Below, one piece after another: positions 56,781-64,000 of a DNA stretch of 64,000 nucleotides. The notes below the pieces were generated by a model that was not told the DNA's origin, made no database searches, and saw only the letters and a program-made list of their open reading frames with translations. Position 1 is the first letter of the stretch, and each line of letters opens with the position of its first letter. This DNA is from Chrysomallon squamiferum (Eukaryota > Animalia > Mollusca). The position numbers and the translations under genes are program-made. The DNA lies in contig CM022666.1 of NCBI GenBank assembly GCA_012295275.1, positions 16,120,001 through 16,184,000 of the forward strand. Direction: 5' to 3'.

Positions 56781-59700
56781 ACAAGAACACGAACATCTTT
56801 ATCCATACGCAGCATTATGAAACACGACAATCATTTATTAATATTTTAATATCTTATTCACGCTACTAAATGACGGCAACATTAATAGCTCACATTTCAC
56901 ACGATAACAATCATTACAGTCAAGACAATTATAAGATATTATCGTTCACAAAACGTAAGAAATCATTCAAAATAACAGACTCCTTGGGTTTCGTATGCGC
57001 CAGGCAACCTGACACGTTAACAAGTTGAAGGAAAGCTGCAGTTATTATTCATAATTTTGTAATTTCCACCACTTACCGTGCGCTCCTTAGCAATTGATTA
57101 ACGTTAATTCTAAGTTAATATATCGCCCTAGGGAGGGTTTGTGTGTGAGGTTCGTACAGACTGATGTATGAAGGTCTGCGTTGTCTGCTGTGTAAAGAGG
57201 AAACTGTTAAATATTGCAGGTTAAATTGCTCCACGGGTCACGTCTGACAGACTGGAAGTTTGTAAATGAGTTTGCGGGTCTACGTGGCACCGTGGACGCA
57301 TCAACTCAGGGGCGTGGCAGGGCGGTGGTGTGGGGGAATCACGAGAAGGGTGGGCAGCCCTTCTCAGGGACACGCGTAAAAGACCACAAATTGTCGTCTT
57401 GACAGCATTTGTTTTTGTTTAGTGCCTGTTCATATTACGTACGCCTCATCTGCTGTATGTAACCCTTGTTTCTTGTTTCGTGATGATTCTGGTTTTAAAC
57501 TGGGAAAAATTGTATTTGATTCTTTATTTCAGATAATAATAAGTCACAAAACAGATACACTGAAACATTCCAGGTAAATCAGGTGGGACCACTACCACTA
57601 CCACTGCTACTACTACTACTGCTACTACTACCACTACTACTACTACTACTACAACAACAACTACTACTACTATTACTGATAATAATAATAATATTACTAC
57701 TACTACTGTTACTACTAATTCTGCTGCTGTTACTACTACTACTATCACTGCTACTACTTCTACTACTACCACTGCTATTACTTCTACTACTACTACTATT
57801 ACTACTACTACCATCACTGCTACTACTGTTACTACTACTACGACTACTATACTGCTACTACTACTACTACTACTGCTACCAAATTATAGTTCCATAATGC
57901 TGTTACTACTACTTTTTACTATATTACCGACATCATTGCATCTTTCATAACTAAAGAACTAATGTAGACTCTAAATTCAAATGTAATTATTAAGTAAACC
58001 CTATATAGTAAATTATTCTTCTGTAGCATAGTTGCCTGTGTGTAAGTAGTCCACTTATTATATGGTATAAATGAATGTATTTAACCTATTTAACGGTTAA
58101 TTTTCATCTAACAGTTCAACGTTTGTTAAATCTCTGTGTTTCGGGAGAATCAGAGTACAAATTAGACATTCCTTCGCTGAAAATCCTGAAATACGAAAGC
58201 CTCCGGAAACATCCGAAATAACAGCATAGTCTTCGGATGATTTCGTGAACCCAAATCTTACTTCATGTGCAAAATTATTAAACGTTTTTGATAAAACTCC
58301 CTGCAGTTTCTGTGTGTAAATTACACGTGAAATATAAACAGATTTTGTATTTAGAAGCGTATCCATTTTCCCAATTTCAGAACCCGACACTTCCGGTTCA
58401 GAGTATTCTGGGTAAAGAATACTCAATCTGCATTACAAAGTTTATAAAAGAAGGAGCTTGAGGGCAGATTTCTGAGTTTTAATCAGTTCAGCAGAGACTG
58501 TGTATGAGTATATAAACAGCAGCTATTAAATATAATCTACAGTGAAAAAAGACAACAGTCCTGAATTCTGACATTACAACTACGTACGTAAGTACAAAAA
58601 GGCTTAGTTTTACGTGTTGATATTTAGAACTGATTTCTCTTTCTCAGCTAATCAAAGACAAAAACGTAACACATTTAACACGATAACGTACTTTCATCGC
58701 CAGAAACGAAGGGAAATTTTCAACAGCAGCCGTCTTATTTTCGTCGTTAAAGACAACGAAAATACGTCGTTTTAAGCTACAACTGTGACGACAGCAAACG
58801 TCACCGCTGGAAAATTACGGAGCTGAATAATTCGATGATGACGTGTCAGCTGATACGTGTTTCCGTTTCTCGGCTGCTTATTGCTGGGAGGGCGCGGGAA
58901 AACAGCGATGTAAGATGACAAATCAGACTGTAAATACTAAATCAATAGGCGACGAGGAACGCGGCCTATCAGAGCCTCGTTTCGGAAGAAACGTGAGAGA
59001 TGGGAAGATTTTACTTGAAACTTCTGTCTGACAAACTCTTTTCGCAGTGCCACTTATTTCGCTGGTGTTGGTTTGAATAGGAAACCTTGTTATTTGTTTT
59101 ATTTTTTATTTTATTTTATTTTATTTTTTTAATTTTTTTTTGAAACTTTCTATAAAGAAAAACATTTTGACGTTTTTGTCTTAATTTAACAGAGTGTAAA
59201 AGAAAGCGAAAGGATGATCAACAGCTCCTAACTTCATTTTAAAGTGTACCATTCGTGATACGAAGAAATAGTTCAGAGTTATTTTGTTATCATTATCATC
59301 ATCATCATCATCATCATCATTATCATCATCATCATCACTGTCATCATCATTTTAATTTATTTTTAATTAATTTATTTTTTGTTCTTATTCTTGTTCCTGT
59401 TGTTGTTATTGTTGCTATTATCATCAGCATCATCATCATCAAAAAATTACCTTTACCTTGACCTTTTTGCATGACCTTGACCTACTGTCGACCTGTTGAC
59501 ATGTTCCAGATTATCAGACATGTTTGAAAACCCTAAAATGGAGTCAAAAATCAGTGAAGTTAGTAAAGTAGGTTCACAGATCTGCCATTTTTCTGTATTT
59601 TCCGTCTTGGATTCTGGGCCTCAGAGTCTAAAAATTTCTCATCTGAGATTTTTATTTAGTTCATACCCAAATGAAGTCTCACTGTTCTTTGTACGCATTA

Positions 59701-59869
59701 ATGTGTGAATTTGTGTGTCTGAATATATCAACGTGTTTGTATGTGTGTGCACGCTCGCGCGTGTGTGTGTTTGTATGTGTGCGTGTGTGTGTGTGTGTAT
59801 GTGTATGTGTGTTACCACTGTCTTTTTTCAGTTATACTAAAACAAAAGGCCTGTTTCTATTATTATGCT

Positions 59870-59890
59870 TACTACTACTACTACTACTGT

Positions 59891-59933
<43 letters not shown>

Positions 59934-60535
59934 GTTACTATTACTACTACTACTACTGCTACTGTTACTACTACTACTACTACTGTTAATGCTACTACTG
60001 TTACTGCTACTACTGTTACTACTACTACTGTTAATGCTACTACTGTTACTGCTACTACTGTTACTACTACTACTGTTACTGCTACTACTGTTACTACTAC
60101 TACTGTTACTGCTACTACTGTTACTATTACTACTGTTACTGCTACTACTGTTACTACTACTGTTGTTACTACTACTACTGTTACTACTGTTACTACTACT
60201 ACTGTTACTATTACTACTACTACTACTGCTACTACTGTTACTACTACTGTTACTATTACTACTACTACTGTTACTACTACTACTGTTACTACTACTACTA
60301 CTACTACTGCTACTACTGTTACTACTACTACTGTTACTATTACTACTACTACTACTGTTGTTACTACTACTACTATTACTGCTATTACTGTTACTACTAC
60401 TACTACTACTGTTACTACTACTACTGTTACTACTACTACTACTACTACTGTAACTACTACTACTACTACTACTACTGTTACTACTACTACTACTGTTACT
60501 GTTACTACTACTACTACTACTACTGTTACTACTGT

Positions 60536-60576
<41 letters not shown>

Positions 60577-60598
60577 TTATTACTACTACTACTACTGT

Positions 60599-60650
<52 letters not shown>

Positions 60651-60775
60651 GTTACTACTACTACTACTACTACTGTTACTACAACTACTACTACTGCTAC
60701 TACTGTTACTACTACTACTACTACTACTACTGTTACTATTACTACTACTACTACTGCTACTGCTGCTGCTACTAC
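59870..60775. repeat. Long (TAC)n/(TGT TAC) trinucleotide-based repeat
   Basis: Simple repeat that explains the poly-T/S/V/L ORFs. Confidence 0.95.
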
Positions 60776-60777
60776 AA

Positions 60778-60914
60778 CGAGCGAGGGCGGGGACACAGCG
60801 GTGGTGGTCCTGGGGGTAGAAGTGGGCGAGGCTCGGGGGTGGTTGATTTCCACGTGGTTGGAGGCGCGTGACACTTGTCTTGCCCCGGGCGCTGACTATC
60901 AAAGCTACGCCTCT
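60778..60914 (-). mobile_element. GC-rich fragment resembling one end of a non-autonomous DNA transposon
   Basis: Minus strand begins AGAGGCGTAGCT...GCGCCCGGGGCAA, a terminal pattern I associate with animal MITE-like repeats. It sits abruptly inside a TAC microsatellite, and no partner end was seen. Confidence 0.3.
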
Positions 60915-61042
60915 CACAACGACGACTACAACTACTACTACGTCTACTACTACTACTACTATACTACTGCTATTATTATTGTTATTGTTATCGTTGTTGT
61001 TGTTGTTGTTGTTACTATTATTATCATCATCATCATTATTAC

Positions 61043-61123
<81 letters not shown>

Positions 61124-61157
61124 GAGATAGGGAAATTTCGCATGAAATTACACTTTA

Positions 61158-61204
<47 letters not shown>

Positions 61205-62433
61205 TGATGATGATGATGATGATGATGATAAAATGAAGTTAGGAGATGTTGATCATCCTTTTCGCTTTCTTTTTACTTTTTGTTAAATTAAGACAAAAAT
61301 GTCAGAATATTTTTTTCTTCCAGAAATTTTCAAAAAAAACTAAGAAATCTAACACAGTTAATCAGAGACTGAAAACAAAATTAAAAATAAAATATTATTA
61401 TTATTTGACTTTTATTTAATAAAATAAAATAAAAGGACGAAAATGTTAATTCATTGTAAAATGTTTGAAGAGTCTTATTTTTAGAACATTTTGCCGTAAA
61501 AGATGTTTGTGCGGAATCCACAGTTGTAAAGAAACAACAGGTAACCTAGGCAACCAGACGCACAACGTGAAATGCAATTTTCAAACATTCCTTTGTCTTT
61601 GACGATAACACACCTCAGAACATTAGTTCCCTTTCTAACAAGAGCTCTTCAAAATCTTCACCTTCATAGAAATAACTTGAGATTTCTCGTGTTTCATGGT
61701 TGATCTGAAATATTCTTCTTTCTTCCTTCTCAGCGTGTTGTAGTTCCAAGTACTCACCTCTCTGTTCTACCATTCAACAGTCTAGTTATTCTTTCATTTA
61801 TTTATTTCATTTGCTAAAGTCATTTAGTTCTCTATTTATTCTTTCATTTAGTTATTCATTTATTTATCCATTTATTGTTAGGGTTTCTTATCAGTTTATT
61901 GTTTCATATACCTATTCATTTACTTAAATATTTATTGTTAAATTTACTTATCTATTTATTATTTGAAATACTTATCCGCGGGAGACAGGTGTTAGTGGGA
62001 AAGGGGATGACCTTTCTGAACTGTGTAGAAGATCAATGAGGTGGTGGTTATGTAAGTTACCGCGATGTTTACTGCCGAGTGTTTCAGTTTGGTCTACAAT
62101 CGAGTTAAACTAACTCGTGTTTGAATTGCAGCCCGCTTACAAGACGTGTTTGTTTACTGCCAAACAGACGGTCAGACGCAGCTACCTCTTGATTCAACAG
62201 CACGAATTAAAAAATTGATTAACTGAAGGAAAATACGACAGAGTGTACGAAGCCAGGCTGAAGGAGAAGTGCAATTTTACGCCGTGACTTCGACATTAAA
62301 GACGGACACTTCGATAAATGAAAAAAAAAAAAAAGAGACAATTTGTGTCTTTACAGTGAATAGATGCTTTAAGAGTTACAAGTTTGTGCAAGAAAAAGAA
62401 GAAAAACACAGAGAGAAAACGAGGGACTGAAAG

Positions 62434-62516
<83 letters not shown>

Positions 62517-62567
62517 GAGAGATAGATAGATAGAGAGAGAGAGATAGACAGAGAGTTAGAGATAGAG

Positions 62568-62658
<91 letters not shown>

Positions 62659-63404
62659 CAAGGAAACGACGCAGATTAAGGGAGAGAAATGAATAACGGA
62701 AGTTTAGAAGTAATAATTATAGCAATAGTAGCAGTGGTAGTAGTTGTAGTACTTTCAGTAGTATTAGAAGTAATAATGATGATGATGATGATGATAATAA
62801 TATTAATAATAATAATAAAAACAACAAAAGAAGAGTAAGAAACACACCTACTCTGATAGATTAGTGGGCGGCTGGTTGAGGTTAGACAACAGATATTTTA
62901 ACAGATCAAACAATATCAATTAACAATAAACAGTTTCAATAAACTATGATGTACGACGTCATCACAAAGAAATTATTTTTCTCCGCTGTTTCATTTCCGT
63001 CGTCGGTGACGACGTTCGATATGAAACTGAAAGGTTTTTCTCAGAATCAGATCTAAAGAGCCTCGTTCTGGCCTGTGTTTTATATCTATGTGTATTGCTT
63101 ACCGGCTGCAGTAAAGTTTTATTTGTCCGCGCTGTCTGTGTTGTGTGTTTTTATCGACGGATGAAGAAGTAAGAATAAACACTGTGAAAGAGTCATTACT
63201 GTTGAGAGCTGTCTCTGTTAAAACCACATTAAAATCAAATCAGTTTGAAATATGTAGATTTATAGCAGTTTATAGCGTTATTACTGTCACTCTCATTGCT
63301 TTGCCCGTTACAGCCGCTGCTCTTCATGCACGTTATCGAAGGATGTTGTAGGTAACTTCCTCTCCGTGAGAAGAAACGTTATTAATTGTTATTATGATTA
63401 TTAT

Positions 63405-63447
63405 TTTTATTATTTTATTATTATATTTTATTTTATTTTATTTTATT

Positions 63448-63482
<35 letters not shown>

Positions 63483-63532
63483 TTTTATTTTATTTTATTT
63501 TATTTTATTTTATTTATTTTATTTTTTATTTT

Positions 63533-63587
<55 letters not shown>

Positions 63588-63610
63588 TTTTATTTATTTA
63601 TTTATTTATT

Positions 63611-63689
<79 letters not shown>

Positions 63690-63692
63690 TTT
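63405..63692. repeat. (TTTA)n/(TTTTA)n microsatellite
   Basis: Visible simple repeat. Confidence 0.93.
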
Positions 63693-64000
63693 TCTATATA
63701 TTACGTGTGTCTTTGTTTCTTCCCTGTTTTGTTCTTCTCTTTATTCTGGTCTGTTTTAGTAGAAAAAAGTGATTAGACTCGATATCGTTTCTAAGTGGAC
63801 TCTTGAGTTTACAAAGATTCTTGAACGAAGAATTAAGCGCAAACAGTTCCTGAAATAACCTCAGCATTGATGAATGAACAAATGTACTTAATAAACCGTG
63901 AAAACACGAATAATGAAGTCATATATGTACAAGTATTTTTAATAAACACGCACACACATACAAACACATGTACACGCACAAACATGCACACACATGCACA

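Noticed and set aside
59455-59500. TGACCTTGACCT cluster as a nuclear-receptor response element
   Set aside because: As I recall, this motif is common in mollusc dispersed repeats, and I cannot distinguish it from a repeat relic here.
59671-61130. Long Thr-, Ser-, Val- or Leu-rich ORFs (mucin-like)
   Set aside because: Open in several frames on both strands because it is a TAC-based microsatellite; no supporting splice sites or signal peptide.

Overview
AT-rich, microsatellite-dense animal genomic DNA with long introns, probably from a gastropod mollusc (inferred from repeat content; not certain). Almost all ORF-track entries are simple-repeat artefacts. Three genes are supported. (1) At 532-617 (-), the first coding exon of a secreted protein that looks like Wnt11; the rest lies left of the window. 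(2) At 19178-20203 (+), a GT11 alpha-1,2-fucosyltransferase with one coding exon. (3) On the minus strand, a five-exon gene assembled by hand: join(46778-46707, 34526-34363, 29282-29183, 28974-28860, 26204-25188). All its introns are GT-AG and all phases match. It encodes a signal peptide, a 10-Cys domain resembling the first two modules of the EGF-ligand trap Argos, and 26 non-amidated xxxFY peptides separated by KR sites. A single extra base at about 25746 shifts the frame within the peptide array. This Argos-like domain plus multi-peptide prohormone is the main candidate for an undescribed system. The window also holds several minisatellites (38/42, 41, 25/26, 69 and 72 bp units), degenerate SINE/MITE-like fragments and CpG-rich putative regulatory patches.
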